A DNA stretch of 64,000 nucleotides. Origin: a virus. The translations under genes were made by a program, and so were the position numbers. The DNA lies in IMG/VR virus record IMGVR_UViG_3300036901_000073, positions 2,539 to 66,538 of that record; one strand, written 5' to 3'. The notes beneath the pieces are model-generated. The model ran no database searches. It saw nothing but the letters and a program-made list of their open reading frames with translations, and was not told the origin of the DNA. Each line of letters opens with the position of its first letter. Positions within the stretch are counted from its first letter, which is position 1. Below, in pieces: positions 39,388 to 49,323 of the stretch.

Positions 39388-40797
39388 TCAGCACCAACTG
39401 TCATCGGCGGCGGGTGTTGGCGGATTGCTGGCCTGGCTCTGTTGCTGCGCCGAGAAACCGGAACTCGGTCCTGCCGCTGGTGCCGGGTCCCATGTTCCGT
39501 TGTCAACGCTGCCAGCGTTGAACCCGATCTGCGACGTTCCGGTTTGTTGCGAATTGAAGACACCCATGGCAGCCGGGGAAAGTGAGATACCAGCCGAGGT
39601 CGAAAACGCGCCTCCACCACCGATTGCGATGCCAGCGAGTGCCGCCTTGGTGACGCCCACGGAATTGCTGAAAGCACCCATAGCCCCAGCCGTCACGGCG
39701 GCTGTGGCTTGGAACGTCGCGCCACTGACACCGAGCCCCACGCCAATCCCGCCATAAACCCCGATACCGCCGCCAATGCCCGCCGAAACGCCGATGTTGA
39801 GGGAGGCGGATAACGCTGGATTGCCAAGCGACATGTTCGACAGATTGAGTGAGGCTCCGGCGTAGCCGCCGATGGTCAGGGGTCCGAAGGAGAAACTGCC
39901 AAACGTGCCCAACGCTCCCAGTGAGAGTGAACCACCAAAGCGGAAGCCATACGATCCCGAATAATTCGCCGCGTAAGCACCCGAGGAATACGAGGCCAGC
40001 AGTGATTGCACCGAGGGATTGGCGGGCAGCAGGCTGGGGATCGTCGCGAACGGCGAAATCGGAACATATCCCCCAGGGACATTCACTGGATTGCCGTTGA
40101 ACGCGTAGCTGAATTCCGGGAAGATCGCGGTGGAGACCAGTTGTTGAGGAAAATACTGGATGTTCTCATAGGCGATGGTGGTGTTGATCGTGGAAATCTC
40201 GGAATTCGAGTAGTCCAGATCGTCGGCCTCCCAACCGGAGATTCTTGGGTTGCCGAGATTGTATTGATCGAAATATCCATCGTAGAAGTGAAAAATTTCC
40301 AGCCGATTGAAAAAGAACATGGCGTCGGAATATTCACTGCCCCCGTTATTGGCGGTGAATCCGAAGCCCGTTCCGGCGAAATCCTTGAAATTCGCGTAGG
40401 TCGCGTCGTATGAATAAGAGCGATTGCTGCCGGATGGACTGGACGAATTGTTGAAGTCGCCGAAGTAGTATCTAGAATAGATCGTCCACATGTTTTGCGC
40501 GCAACCATCCGCGCTGTCATAAAATTGAAGTTTCAGTGGTTCAATTTTGAAACCGGTATGGATTTGGCGTTTCTTGTTGTACTGGTTCAGTTCTTCGAGT
40601 TTCGGATTCACGTGCGGACGATCCACCGACTTCACGGCGAAGGTCAGGTTCCCGGTGAACACCGAAGCCAGATAGGAACCAGGCACAAACCGCACGATGA
40701 ATACATTGCGTTGCCTCGGAAAGCCGCCCTGTTGTGAAAAAGTAAGGGCGGCTTGCGTCGGCGTTTGTAATGTAGGACCAGAGTAAGACCCACTCAT
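39388..40797 (-). CDS. tail tube-like / baseplate-tube initiator (gp54-like)
   Basis: VKSVDRP...LNQYNKKRQ...I..P....FYD, LDYS...I.YE tube-fold pattern; directly downstream of tube gene. Confidence 0.7.
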   Translation of the reverse strand: MSGSYSGPTLQTPTQAALTFSQQGGFPRQRNVFIVRFVPGSYLASVFTGNLTFAVKSVDRPHVNPKLEELNQYNKKRQIHTGFKIEPLKLQFYDSADGCAQNMWTIYSRYYFGDFNNSSSPSGSNRSYSYDATYANFKDFAGTGFGFTANNGGSEYSDAMFFFNRLEIFHFYDGYFDQYNLGNPRISGWEADDLDYSNSEISTINTTIAYENIQYFPQQLVSTAIFPEFSYAFNGNPVNVPGGYVPISPFATIPSLLPANPSVQSLLASYSSGAYAANYSGSYGFRFGGSLSLGALGTFGSFSFGPLTIGGYAGASLNLSNMSLGNPALSASLNIGVSAGIGGGIGVYGGIGVGLGVSGATFQATAAVTAGAMGAFSNSVGVTKAALAGIAIGGGGAFSTSAGISLSPAAMGVFNSQQTGTSQIGFNAGSVDNGTWDPAPAAGPSSGFSAQQQSQASNPPTPAADDSWC

Positions 40798-42101
40798 CCA
40801 ATGAACGAACTTGACAGCAAGATTGGTATCGTTGGCATGAGACCACCAGACTGCGTGGCGTTGTCGAACCGAATCGACATTTCGATGGTCATCGCGTCAG
40901 CGGTTGAATAGTCGAATGTCTCATAATTGCACTCGGCCAGGAAGCAACCTTCGAATACCCATTGCTCAAGAATGGTGTCATCGCCGCCATCGAGCGTATT
41001 GATCAGCATGCCGAATTTATAATCAGCGGCGGAAGCCGGAACCGTCTGATCGAAGAAATTCATCTGCTTCTGAAGCTGAGCGCCAACCAATGACGACACG
41101 GAATTCGTGATGTCATCACGGACGGTGAGCGAGAGCGCCTGCCATTCCGCCTTACCAGCGTAGTAAGCGATGCTGTTGTATGAATGAACCGTGACCGGAT
41201 TGAAGTTGACGTTCGGGCGACCAACCGTGGTGACCTGTTGCGTCAACGCGATGGAACCCGAAGGAATGCCAAAATTGGTCACAACGACGTTGAAACGATT
41301 TTTGACCTTGGGCATGAGCATTCCACCCCTCCCACCCGGTCCCGGTACCAAAGGTACACCAAAATTTTGCCCTTTATTTTCAATAGAGGTCGTTAGACTC
41401 TATCCGCTTTCGCTGCTATACATTACTGTATAGAGAAGACTATATCACCATCCTTTAGTAAGGACGCTACCCGCTTCGACCCACTTGGGTCTACTCCCTT
41501 TCGGGATAGTCGTTGAACCTTGATTAAAGTTTTGATATATTCAAGTAAATGGAACACGAAATATTTCTAGCATACGTGGCTGGCATTATGGACGGTGAGG
41601 GTTGTTTTAGGATTGAGAAAAAACGTCCTAATGCCGCTCAAAAGTCCATCAAGTACACGATGATGATTACCCTTCAGATGGGAGAGAAGGCAGTGATGGA
41701 TCACATCGCCTCTCATCTTGAGATTACCCCTCTGTTCATAAATCTACAACAGTGGAAATACAAAGATAATCAACCTCGTCGTCCAGCTTATCGGATTCAG
41801 CTTTTTTCAAAGCGTGCTGCCGATTTTATCCGCCTGATACTTCCTTATCTTGTCGGCAAGAAAGAGCAGGCGAGGTTATGCCTTGAATTCAACGATCTCA
41901 TAAGCAGCCAAGTAAAACTCAAACGAAAATTCACGGAAAGTGAACTTGCTATTCGAGATGACTATTATGAGCGTGTTACATTACTTAAGCATATCTAATT
42001 TTAACCCTTGGCTGCTGATTGTCCTTTTCGAGGAGTTTCCAGCAATTCGAGTAGTTCTCAATAATCATTGCTGATTATTGCCCCAAATTTAGGGTTGTTA
42101 T
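40794..42101 (-). CDS. tail tube protein (gp19-like), split by a group I intron; exons 42091-42101 and 40794-41370
   Basis: Spliced N terminus (I/M)TTLQNFGVPL...GMLMPKVKNRF.V; YYAGKAEWQ, EQWVFEGCF, IRFDNA; SD AAGGAG and late box 42150-42155 upstream; start codon uncertain. Confidence 0.8.
41371..42090 (-). mobile_element. group I self-splicing intron
   Basis: Core elements on minus strand: P AATTGCTGGAAA, Q AATCAGCAG, R GTTCAACGACTA, S GATATAGTCT; P1 CCCU/GGGG with U-G at the 5' splice site; terminal G; splicing joins a plausible N terminus. Confidence 0.85.
41549..41998 (+). CDS. single-motif LAGLIDADG homing endonuclease, antisense within the intron
   Basis: LAYVAGIMDGEGCF motif; ILPYLVGKKEQA. 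Confidence 0.9.
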   Translation: MEHEIFLAYVAGIMDGEGCFRIEKKRPNAAQKSIKYTMMITLQMGEKAVMDHIASHLEITPLFINLQQWKYKDNQPRRPAYRIQLFSKRAADFIRLILPYLVGKKEQARLCLEFNDLISSQVKLKRKFTESELAIRDDYYERVTLLKHI

Positions 42102-42180
42102 GGCACATACTCCTTAAAAAAATGTTTCGAGAGCCATTCTCGTTGCAGATATTTAGCTAAAAGAGTAATATACGCAGTTA

Positions 42181-42888
42181 ATGAACAATAGCTATTATGT
42201 TTACAACCTGCTGGACCCACGCTACGAACACCATCCGCCCTTTTACACCGGAAAAGGCAGCGGGAATCGGGCAAACATGCACATGCACGAATCAAAGCGA
42301 AGACATGAGAATCCACGCAAGTATGCCAAAATTCAAAAGATTAGGGCTGCTGGTCTTGAGCCTATCATTGAATATTACGCTACTGATTTGTCAGAGGAAG
42401 ATGCATACAAATTGGAAGCCGAACTAATCATAAAATTTGGAAGAGCGGGGATTGATGAGGGAGGCATCCTTACAAATCTACTCTTGGATGGTCGCCCTCC
42501 CCTTAGGTCAGGTCCGATGTCAGATGAACAGAAAGAGGCGATCAGAAAAGGAAATTCCGGCAAGATACGCACATTAGAACAGTGTGCAGAACTTTCACGG
42601 AATAGAAAAGGAAGGCCCCGTGCGTCTCCGACCGAAGAAACCAAGGAACTCATACGTCTGGGAAACATCGCCGCCAAGGTTGACATCAGGCTATCGGATG
42701 ATTTGACAGGGAGGACATTTGGCTCCTACACTGTGGCAGAAAAAAGTCGAGATGAGCGTCCCAGGATACGTGGTGCCAACGGCATATACTGGAAGTGCCT
42801 ATGTTCATCATGCGATAAGGAAAAAGAAGTTCAGCAATCACAATTGATGAAGGGAACATTCAGGATTTGTTGTCCAACCGCATCCTAA
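42181..42888 (+). CDS. free-standing GIY-YIG-type homing endonuclease with NUMOD3-like repeats
   Basis: YYVYNLLDPR...FYTGKG.GNR...H...E.ELI..FGR...GILTN; MSDEQKEAIR and TEETKELIR repeats; AT-richer than flanks. Confidence 0.8.
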   Translation: MNNSYYVYNLLDPRYEHHPPFYTGKGSGNRANMHMHESKRRHENPRKYAKIQKIRAAGLEPIIEYYATDLSEEDAYKLEAELIIKFGRAGIDEGGILTNLLLDGRPPLRSGPMSDEQKEAIRKGNSGKIRTLEQCAELSRNRKGRPRASPTEETKELIRLGNIAAKVDIRLSDDLTGRTFGSYTVAEKSRDERPRIRGANGIYWKCLCSSCDKEKEVQQSQLMKGTFRICCPTAS

Positions 42889-42902
42889 CAAAGGAACTTA
42901 AC

Positions 42903-43235
42903 ATGAAACCTGTTATCAAAATACCAGCCGATGTCAGGAATGACTCTGGGCTGTCGCCGCCGGAAATCGAAGAAATGTTCAATAGCCATGATATGATCGA
43001 ATTGTCATATGGCGACATCGTGATGATGACGCATAAGAGCGCACTCGCAGACGCTTTAGAATCCGTCAGCAAATACGATGCGGGCCAACTCGCACGCATC
43101 AAAGAGTCGGTGGACATCGCGCTGCGCGCAAATTTAACGAAATTGGCCAACCCTGACACCCTTGTGAAATCGGACGCGGACGACTTCTTCGGTGACTTGC
43201 TGTTGTGGGAGGCGTTGAAAGGGATGTCGTCCTGA
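42903..43235 (+). CDS. hypothetical protein
   Basis: AAGGA SD before ATG 42903. Confidence 0.6.
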   Translation: MKPVIKIPADVRNDSGLSPPEIEEMFNSHDMIELSYGDIVMMTHKSALADALESVSKYDAGQLARIKESVDIALRANLTKLANPDTLVKSDADDFFGDLLLWEALKGMSS

Positions 43236-43243
43236 GGTGGAAC

Positions 43244-44521
43244 TCACAAATCCCTGCCTCGTTTATCGACCCATCCTATGGTGGTGAAACCGATCAGATC
43301 GGATGAGTTGACGGTTCTGAAACGCGCCTGCGCGGAGGTGTTCGTGAACACGCGAAGCACATCGGAAGAATTGATCGCTGGTGATCCAATGAGACTGAAC
43401 GCGCTGACGCTGGGAACGGAATCGCCCACGGCGATAGGCGAGACATACAGGATTGGCACCTCACTACTGGAGTTTTGCAGCAGCACACTGAGAATGGCCT
43501 CGGTAACGACATTGACCGGCGTGCTCGTCGAGAAAATTTGCGCGCTGGTCGATCCGGATGTCGTTCCAGGTGTTACGTCAACGATTGGAACATTCCAGAT
43601 GAAGGTGTCACCACTTTGATAGAACGCGAGGATTGATCCCGAACCACCCGTGGCGAATGAGCCGATGCGTCGAAACGCCGTGGTGCCAGAGGGTTTGTTG
43701 GCCGCTGTCACCGATGTATCGAAGAAGATGTCCGCTGAACTGCTGATGATCGCGGCGAACACATGATACCATGTGCTGTCGGCAATCGCCAGGCCATTGC
43801 CCATGCCATCGTTGCCTGATCCGGCCACCCATCCGCCCGCCGTGGATTTGAACATCGCCGGAATGGTCATCATCACGCTGTTGGTGCTGTCCATGCACTG
43901 GCCAGCCGCCACGTCGATGATGCTGGTCGGCGTGCCGACATCGTTGGACAGGGTCAGACCCGCCAGATAGCTGCGCAGGATCGTCGGACCTGTCGGCCCG
44001 GTTGGTCCGGTCACCGTTGAAGCAGCGCCTGCCGGACCCGTGGGACCGGTCACGGACGCGCCAGTGGGTCCGGTCACCGTTGAGGCGGCTCCGGTCGGCC
44101 CAGTGGGACCGGCTGGCCCGGTTGGACCCACCGTCGCGCCGCTGGCGATCTTGTTCCAGACGGTGCCGCTGTAGATCGCGATGTCGCCGACGTTCCAGGC
44201 GAAAATGCCGTTGAGGTTGGTTGTGCCCTCGACCGAGGTCACATAGTAATTGCCCTTCGTTCCGGTACTGGACGCGAGGGTTGGTGTGTTGGTGCTGGCG
44301 TTCCATGGTCCTTGATAAACGATGCCGCCGAGCAACGAGGTCGGCACCAATGGAGTCCAGGTGCCGTTTGTGTAGATATCAAGACTTTCGTTGATGCTGT
44401 TGAACCTGATGGCACCTTGCGATGGGGAAGGCGACAGGTAGGTTGATACCGGCAGGGACAAGGAACCCCCGAGCAGAACCAGTTCCCCTCCAGAATTTCT
44501 CGTGTCGATTACTTTTGTCAT
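43244..44521 (-). CDS. collagen-like fibre/structural protein
   Basis: YQGPWNASTNTPTL..GTKG.YY motif and GPT repeats; ATG 5 nt after TAAATA. Confidence 0.75.
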   Translation of the reverse strand: MTKVIDTRNSGGELVLLGGSLSLPVSTYLSPSPSQGAIRFNSINESLDIYTNGTWTPLVPTSLLGGIVYQGPWNASTNTPTLASSTGTKGNYYVTSVEGTTNLNGIFAWNVGDIAIYSGTVWNKIASGATVGPTGPAGPTGPTGAASTVTGPTGASVTGPTGPAGAASTVTGPTGPTGPTILRSYLAGLTLSNDVGTPTSIIDVAAGQCMDSTNSVMMTIPAMFKSTAGGWVAGSGNDGMGNGLAIADSTWYHVFAAIISSSADIFFDTSVTAANKPSGTTAFRRIGSFATGGSGSILAFYQSGDTFIWNVPIVDVTPGTTSGSTSAQIFSTSTPVNVVTEAILSVLLQNSSSEVPILYVSPIAVGDSVPSVSAFSLIGSPAINSSDVLRVFTNTSAQARFRTVNSSDLIGFTTIGWVDKRGRDL

Positions 44522-44532
44522 GCCATTATTTA

Positions 44533-44799
44533 TTAGAACCCGACAGGAGCCCCACCCATGCCACCGCCGCCCATCGGATCGGGTTCATCGGGAATTCCGT
44601 ACATGATGCCGAGCAAGTCCTGCCGCTTGAGATTTTCCAGTTTGCGTAAGGCTCTTATGCGTTTTAGGCGATTTAGGTGGCGCAAACTGAGAACTGGACG
44701 ACGCGTCTGATTCATCGTGACAACGTTAGCCTCGTCGGTTGACGGGTCATAGTAGGCGGTCTGATAATCTTCTTGGTCTAACATTTCAAGCAGCTTCAT
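44533..44799 (-). CDS. small portal-region protein
   Basis: MKLLEML...TRRPVLSLRHLNRLKRIR...MYG; late box 44817-44822. Confidence 0.7.
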   Translation of the reverse strand: MKLLEMLDQEDYQTAYYDPSTDEANVVTMNQTRRPVLSLRHLNRLKRIRALRKLENLKRQDLLGIMYGIPDEPDPMGGGGMGGAPVGF

Positions 44800-44808
44800 C
44801 GGTTTCTC

Positions 44809-45300
44809 CTAGACCATATTTAGCAATGGATGATCAAGGAGGATCGACAATTGGTTGGTGTCGGTGACGGCCTGTTGGTAGCTCTTGAGGAATTTACTGT
44901 CCACGTTGATCGACAAGATGTAGCGATCAGCCTTGGTGATCGATCCCACGACAAACTCTTCCGCTTCCGCGTATTTGCCCTTCTTTTTTTGACTCTCCGG
45001 TCCCATCGAGATTTCGTTGCTATGACCCCAGTAGTCAATCGGCATGATTTTGTAGTTATGCCGGAGCTTCGTCTGATCCAACACGAAGACCACCGGCCCG
45101 AACGTCCTGGCGAAGCGCGGATCACGAGACATGGAAACACCACGTAATGCTTCATCCGCGTTCAAGACAAAAGCTGATCCACTACTTTGGGTCGTTCTGG
45201 CATCGAATGTGTTGGTCGCGAGAATTCGTGTCGCGTTGTAAAACGCCGTGCCATGATACAGTGGGGCGTCGCGTGCTTCAAAAAGTTCGTACATCAACAT
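44809..45300 (-). CDS. ADP-ribosyltransferase-like protein with capsid-targeting-like leader
   Basis: MLMYELFE-ARD; LYHGT...GVSMSRD...EAEE; ends in TAG. Confidence 0.65.
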   Translation of the reverse strand: MLMYELFEARDAPLYHGTAFYNATRILATNTFDARTTQSSGSAFVLNADEALRGVSMSRDPRFARTFGPVVFVLDQTKLRHNYKIMPIDYWGHSNEISMGPESQKKKGKYAEAEEFVVGSITKADRYILSINVDSKFLKSYQQAVTDTNQLSILLDHPLLNMV

Positions 45301-45321
45301 GAAGCTATTTAAGGATTCCGG

Positions 45322-45891
45322 TCAGCGACGCAATTTACTGGCGGCGACCCACGTCTTGCCATTCCAAACCTCTACTTGATCGACCGGCACAGACCTGTTG
45401 ACGAAGTAGTTGCCTTCATCTTCTTTCGGGTCTGGTTGGATGTCAGGCAAGAACTCTCTACGCACTCTCGTCAATGCCGATTGAGTGCGAGACGCTACAC
45501 CGGCATAGAATAACGCCTTCTTCACGGTATCCGTGAAGAAGATGCGACCCGTGGCATGTAACGTATATCCAGACTTCGCCCAACGAGTCCTATCTTGTGG
45601 CACAAGCCCTTGATGCTTGATGTGATTGATCCTCTCCTTGGAAGTACCATGATACAGGTAATCAGGATCGGTGGTCGGGATAGGATAGAGATTTCGATTA
45701 CTCAAAGCCTCGGCTTGTAGTCGTTCCCAATCTTCCACGCTAAATTCATTCCGTGCCGATTGATCGAAACGGTGCTTTTTCAGATGGGCGTTGAGAATAC
45801 GCCGATCCTCATCGTCGGTATCCCAATCGAAGCGAGACCAATTCTTTTTGTCGGGGTCACGGGCTTCGTTCATGATCTCAGCGTATCGCAT
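45322..45891 (-). CDS. ART/KptA-fold-like protein with capsid-targeting-like leader
   Basis: MRYAEIMNE-ARD; YLYHGTS...I...GLVP...IFFT....A..YA. Confidence 0.65.
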   Translation of the reverse strand: MRYAEIMNEARDPDKKNWSRFDWDTDDEDRRILNAHLKKHRFDQSARNEFSVEDWERLQAEALSNRNLYPIPTTDPDYLYHGTSKERINHIKHQGLVPQDRTRWAKSGYTLHATGRIFFTDTVKKALFYAGVASRTQSALTRVRREFLPDIQPDPKEDEGNYFVNRSVPVDQVEVWNGKTWVAASKLRR

Positions 45892-45914
45892 CAACTATTT
45901 AGGGACATTAGGGA

Positions 45915-48900
45915 TTATTGGGCTGGTGGTGCTCCCTGGCCGCCCATCGGTGCCGATGGCGTCTGGCCACCTTCCATGGGTACGCCATCCGGTCCCAGGT
46001 CTCCCTCGGGCATGTCAGGCGGCATATCGCTCATGTCATCCCCCATCGGGCGCACGCCGACCGACGACAATCCATCGGTCATCTCGCCCTCGGCTGGGGT
46101 TGAACCAGTCTTCTTCTTGAGCTTGGTGGAATTCTCTTCACTCCACAACTTCTCGTTCTCAAGCATTTCGTCCTCAGTAAGGCCCAAGAACCGCTTCAAC
46201 TTGAAACGCTCGGCCAGCTTCTTGTTCTCCGACACACCCTGATACACCTGGACGCGCTGGGCGTCCAGTTCGATCTGGCGGTATCGGGTGAACGATTGCG
46301 GTGGGGTGAACTGAAGCTCGAACAGGCCCCAGTCCATCTCGATGCCGTTCTTGACCAGATAGCGTTTGAAATCCTTGTCGAAAACCGGGGCGAGGAGACT
46401 CTGCCAACGCATGCAATATTTCGTGAAGCGGAATTCCTGAATCATCGCGGCACCAAGCTTGCCATCATTGAAGGCGATGCCGGTGCCCGCGTCATCCTCG
46501 CCGAGGTTCAGATAGGAGACTGGCACTCTTAAGCCTCGTGCCAGTTTGCGTGAGAAGAACATCAGATCGGTGATCTCGCCGGTCTGCTCTCCACCTGGCA
46601 AAGTCTCGACTTTCGAGCCTCTCCCGTCCGAGTTATGAACATAGACACCAGCAGCCAAGGCAAAGATATGACTGCCCGATGGACTTTCGATGGTGATGTC
46701 GCCGGTATCGGCTCTCTCTGTGAGTAATTGGACAGAAACTACTTTGTGATTGTGACTTTCTTTTAGTTCTGCCCAGCTATAATAGCCGCCAAACTGTGAG
46801 ATGGCATCCAACCTTCTGATGTCGACCTTGTCGATTGCGTGACCGAAGGAATTAGTTTTTGATTGGTTAAGTCGGAGGAACTCCCCCATGAATTCACCAT
46901 CATTGGACAGTATTTGTGCGACCTTCGCTTTCGCGAAAAGATTGGCTGACGCGATTGTTACCATCATTTCGAATAATTTCTCAGAATACTCAAAGGCTAC
47001 ACGTTTGACATATTTCTTGTTACCTCCAGCGCCATTAACTCGGTTACGATCACCAAGCCTCTTATAAAATTCCTCATCACCGTTATCGTAGAGACGCCGC
47101 ATACCTTGTTTCAGTTTTTCTCTGGCTTCTGGATCGTTCCATTGACGGTTCAGCGAATAAGTTCCGACCTCTTTATGCAGATTTTCGTGATCATCCCACG
47201 TCATAATCTCAAGATTATCTGGATTGTTGTTTTCACTGTCGAAATCTTTGTGATGAACAACCCAATCTCGTCCCACAGGTTTAGGACACATCGTTGAATG
47301 AACGAACTTAGTTTTTGTCCCTTTTGCGTTGCTGACGTAACGCATATACCCAGCATTTTTCTGTTTCGGGCCTGTCCTGCCTTCTTTGAGATAAAGCGGC
47401 ATTAAAGAGTCCATCGGCTTCAAATTACCGGCTTCTTTCTCCGTTCCATCCCTTAGAATGAACCGATGATCCGGTGTGACATCAACATATTCATCATTGT
47501 CCAACGTCACACGAACCATCTCAGCATCGCGACGAGTGATGCCAGCCCATGTTATGCGACCGGCTTCGAGGTCATGGGTCTCTCGACTTTGCGAATAGAC
47601 ATAGTTCTGCTTACCCTGTTCATGTTCATCGATAATTTCACTTAATGTAAGAGTTCTGCCATCCAATAAATGCATAGCAGTATTGAGCCGGAGACATGAC
47701 TGAGCGAAAAAATAATCGTCATTTATGCTGTTTTGGAGAAAAATATTCTCTGAAATGGCGAAATTATGGAACGCATTATGGATTTCTTCTTTATCAACGG
47801 TGATCGTGCCAACGTCTATTTTGTCTTGCATTTCAATCACGCTCAAAGCATGAACGATCATGTGCTCGGGACCATGTCCGGTCTTACGAAGCACGCCATT
47901 TTTGTCGGTTCGAGCGAAGCGTTCTCTCGCGATAAGTTCATGTTCTGGCAGGAGATCACGAGCCTGCACCAATTTTCCGCCGAGCGTTGGAAATTTATGG
48001 TCAGGCGTGACCATCACCGCGCCACCATTATCCAACATCACGCAGACGACTTCTGCTTCCTGACGGGTCACGCCCGCCCATGTGATCGGACCTTTGGTGA
48101 TTTCTCCCGTTTTAGGATCGCAACTATAGACCCAGTTTTCCTTGCCATCGTTGTATTCGGTGATGAGATCACTCAGCGACAAATTGCGTCCATCAGTTAA
48201 GGGAATGATGGTCGATAGAGAGATACACAGAGGATTATAAGCCGCATCTAGGATGTTGCCTCCGGTGCCGGTTCGGTTCGGAATTCGTCTCTGATGGATG
48301 TCATTTTTAATCATCTCAATGTGTCGTTTGGCTCGTTCCGGTGGCATCGTTCCGACATCAATATAGAAAATCCGTCGTTCTGGAGCGCGTTGTACGCGAT
48401 AAATGATGATCGAGTCTTCCAGAAGCTCCTTCTGTTTGAAGACTTTGAAGATTGGTTCTAAAATGGAAGTTCCGAACGGCCAGTTGACATCGTTTCCTAT
48501 GGAAAGGCTCAAATGCACTACATGTTCGGCGTCCACCACCGAGACTTCCTGCGAGAACGGCCCGAGCATGTGGCGTTGTCTGGGATCGGACGCGGCACCG
48601 GCCAATGAGAAGGCGGCGGGTCCTGACGAGGCTGACACCGATGAGACGCGGGACGCGCCGATGTTGGATGTGCCGTAGGGGGTGCGGTACTGATTGGGGT
48701 CGGCCTGTTTCGAGCCGAACTGGGTTTGCTTGTTGTAATCGAGACCTCGGATGAGATACTCATCGGGTTTCTTGCCCTTGGTATCATCGACCTTGACCAT
48801 CTCGACCATGAAGTGATCGAGCCACAGCCATTCGTTGGTTTCGGGATCACGCAGGAAGAAGGCGTCGCCATTTTTCAGCACGTCGCGGAACATGTACCAC

Positions 48901-49253
48901 AGCCGTGAGCGGAACTGGTTCAATTTGACCCATTTCGTCATCATCTGCTTGAGGATTTTCACCTCGGATTCGTTGGGTTCTCCGGAGTATTTGAACTCGA
49001 AGGGTTCATCGGCATGTTCTTCTGAGAGTGTACTGAAATCCGCGATGGTATCGAGCGCGGCGTTGATGTCCGAATCTCTGTCCATGTCATCGAACTGGTA
49101 GTACCTTTGGATTCTGTTGGGATGGCCCGCGTAGACCAGTGGCAGGTAGCTGGCGAAATTCGCGCTGGTGCCTGCACCACTGAATCTGTCGGTGGTGGCT
49201 TGCATATTGGGTTGCGCTGTTTTAATAACGCGGAAGTGTCTTTTCCAACTCAC
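45915..49253 (-). CDS. portal protein (T4 gp20-like) containing two inteins
   Basis: LLEDSIIIYRVQRAPERRIFYIDVG, DDYFF, GRGSKVETLPGG, LARGLRVPVSYL; ~591 aa after intein removal. Confidence 0.92.
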   Translation of the reverse strand: MSWKRHFRVIKTAQPNMQATTDRFSGAGTSANFASYLPLVYAGHPNRIQRYYQFDDMDRDSDINAALDTIADFSTLSEEHADEPFEFKYSGEPNESEVKILKQMMTKWVKLNQFRSRLWYMFRDVLKNGDAFFLRDPETNEWLWLDHFMVEMVKVDDTKGKKPDEYLIRGLDYNKQTQFGSKQADPNQYRTPYGTSNIGASRVSSVSASSGPAAFSLAGAASDPRQRHMLGPFSQEVSVVDAEHVVHLSLSIGNDVNWPFGTSILEPIFKVFKQKELLEDSIIIYRVQRAPERRIFYIDVGTMPPERAKRHIEMIKNDIHQRRIPNRTGTGGNILDAAYNPLCISLSTIIPLTDGRNLSLSDLITEYNDGKENWVYSCDPKTGEITKGPITWAGVTRQEAEVVCVMLDNGGAVMVTPDHKFPTLGGKLVQARDLLPEHELIARERFARTDKNGVLRKTGHGPEHMIVHALSVIEMQDKIDVGTITVDKEEIHNAFHNFAISENIFLQNSINDDYFFAQSCLRLNTAMHLLDGRTLTLSEIIDEHEQGKQNYVYSQSRETHDLEAGRITWAGITRRDAEMVRVTLDNDEYVDVTPDHRFILRDGTEKEAGNLKPMDSLMPLYLKEGRTGPKQKNAGYMRYVSNAKGTKTKFVHSTMCPKPVGRDWVVHHKDFDSENNNPDNLEIMTWDDHENLHKEVGTYSLNRQWNDPEAREKLKQGMRRLYDNGDEEFYKRLGDRNRVNGAGGNKKYVKRVAFEYSEKLFEMMVTIASANLFAKAKVAQILSNDGEFMGEFLRLNQSKTNSFGHAIDKVDIRRLDAISQFGGYYSWAELKESHNHKVVSVQLLTERADTGDITIESPSGSHIFALAAGVYVHNSDGRGSKVETLPGGEQTGEITDLMFFSRKLARGLRVPVSYLNLGEDDAGTGIAFNDGKLGAAMIQEFRFTKYCMRWQSLLAPVFDKDFKRYLVKNGIEMDWGLFELQFTPPQSFTRYRQIELDAQRVQVYQGVSENKKLAERFKLKRFLGLTEDEMLENEKLWSEENSTKLKKKTGSTPAEGEMTDGLSSVGVRPMGDDMSDMPPDMPEGDLGPDGVPMEGGQTPSAPMGGQGAPPAQ
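46632..47696 (-). mobile_element. intein 2 (355 aa) with HNH endonuclease domain
   Basis: CLRLNT start, VTPDHRF block B, VHHKDFDSENNNPDNL HNH, GVYVHN/S end. Confidence 0.9.
47730..48227 (-). mobile_element. intein 1 (166-aa mini-intein)
   Basis: CISLST start, VTPDHKF block B, HNFAISENIFLQN/S end. Confidence 0.88.
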
Positions 49254-49323
49254 TGTAGTGTTCCGTAATTAAAGTCTGACTTTATTTAGCGTACTCTCTG
49301 AAATCTCCTATTATAACGAGTGC

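Noticed and set aside
40794-41351. 185-aa tail tube ORF starting at TTG 41351 as the complete gene
   Set aside because: The frame continues upstream (QNFGVPL) to the intron end; the SD and late box lie beyond the intron
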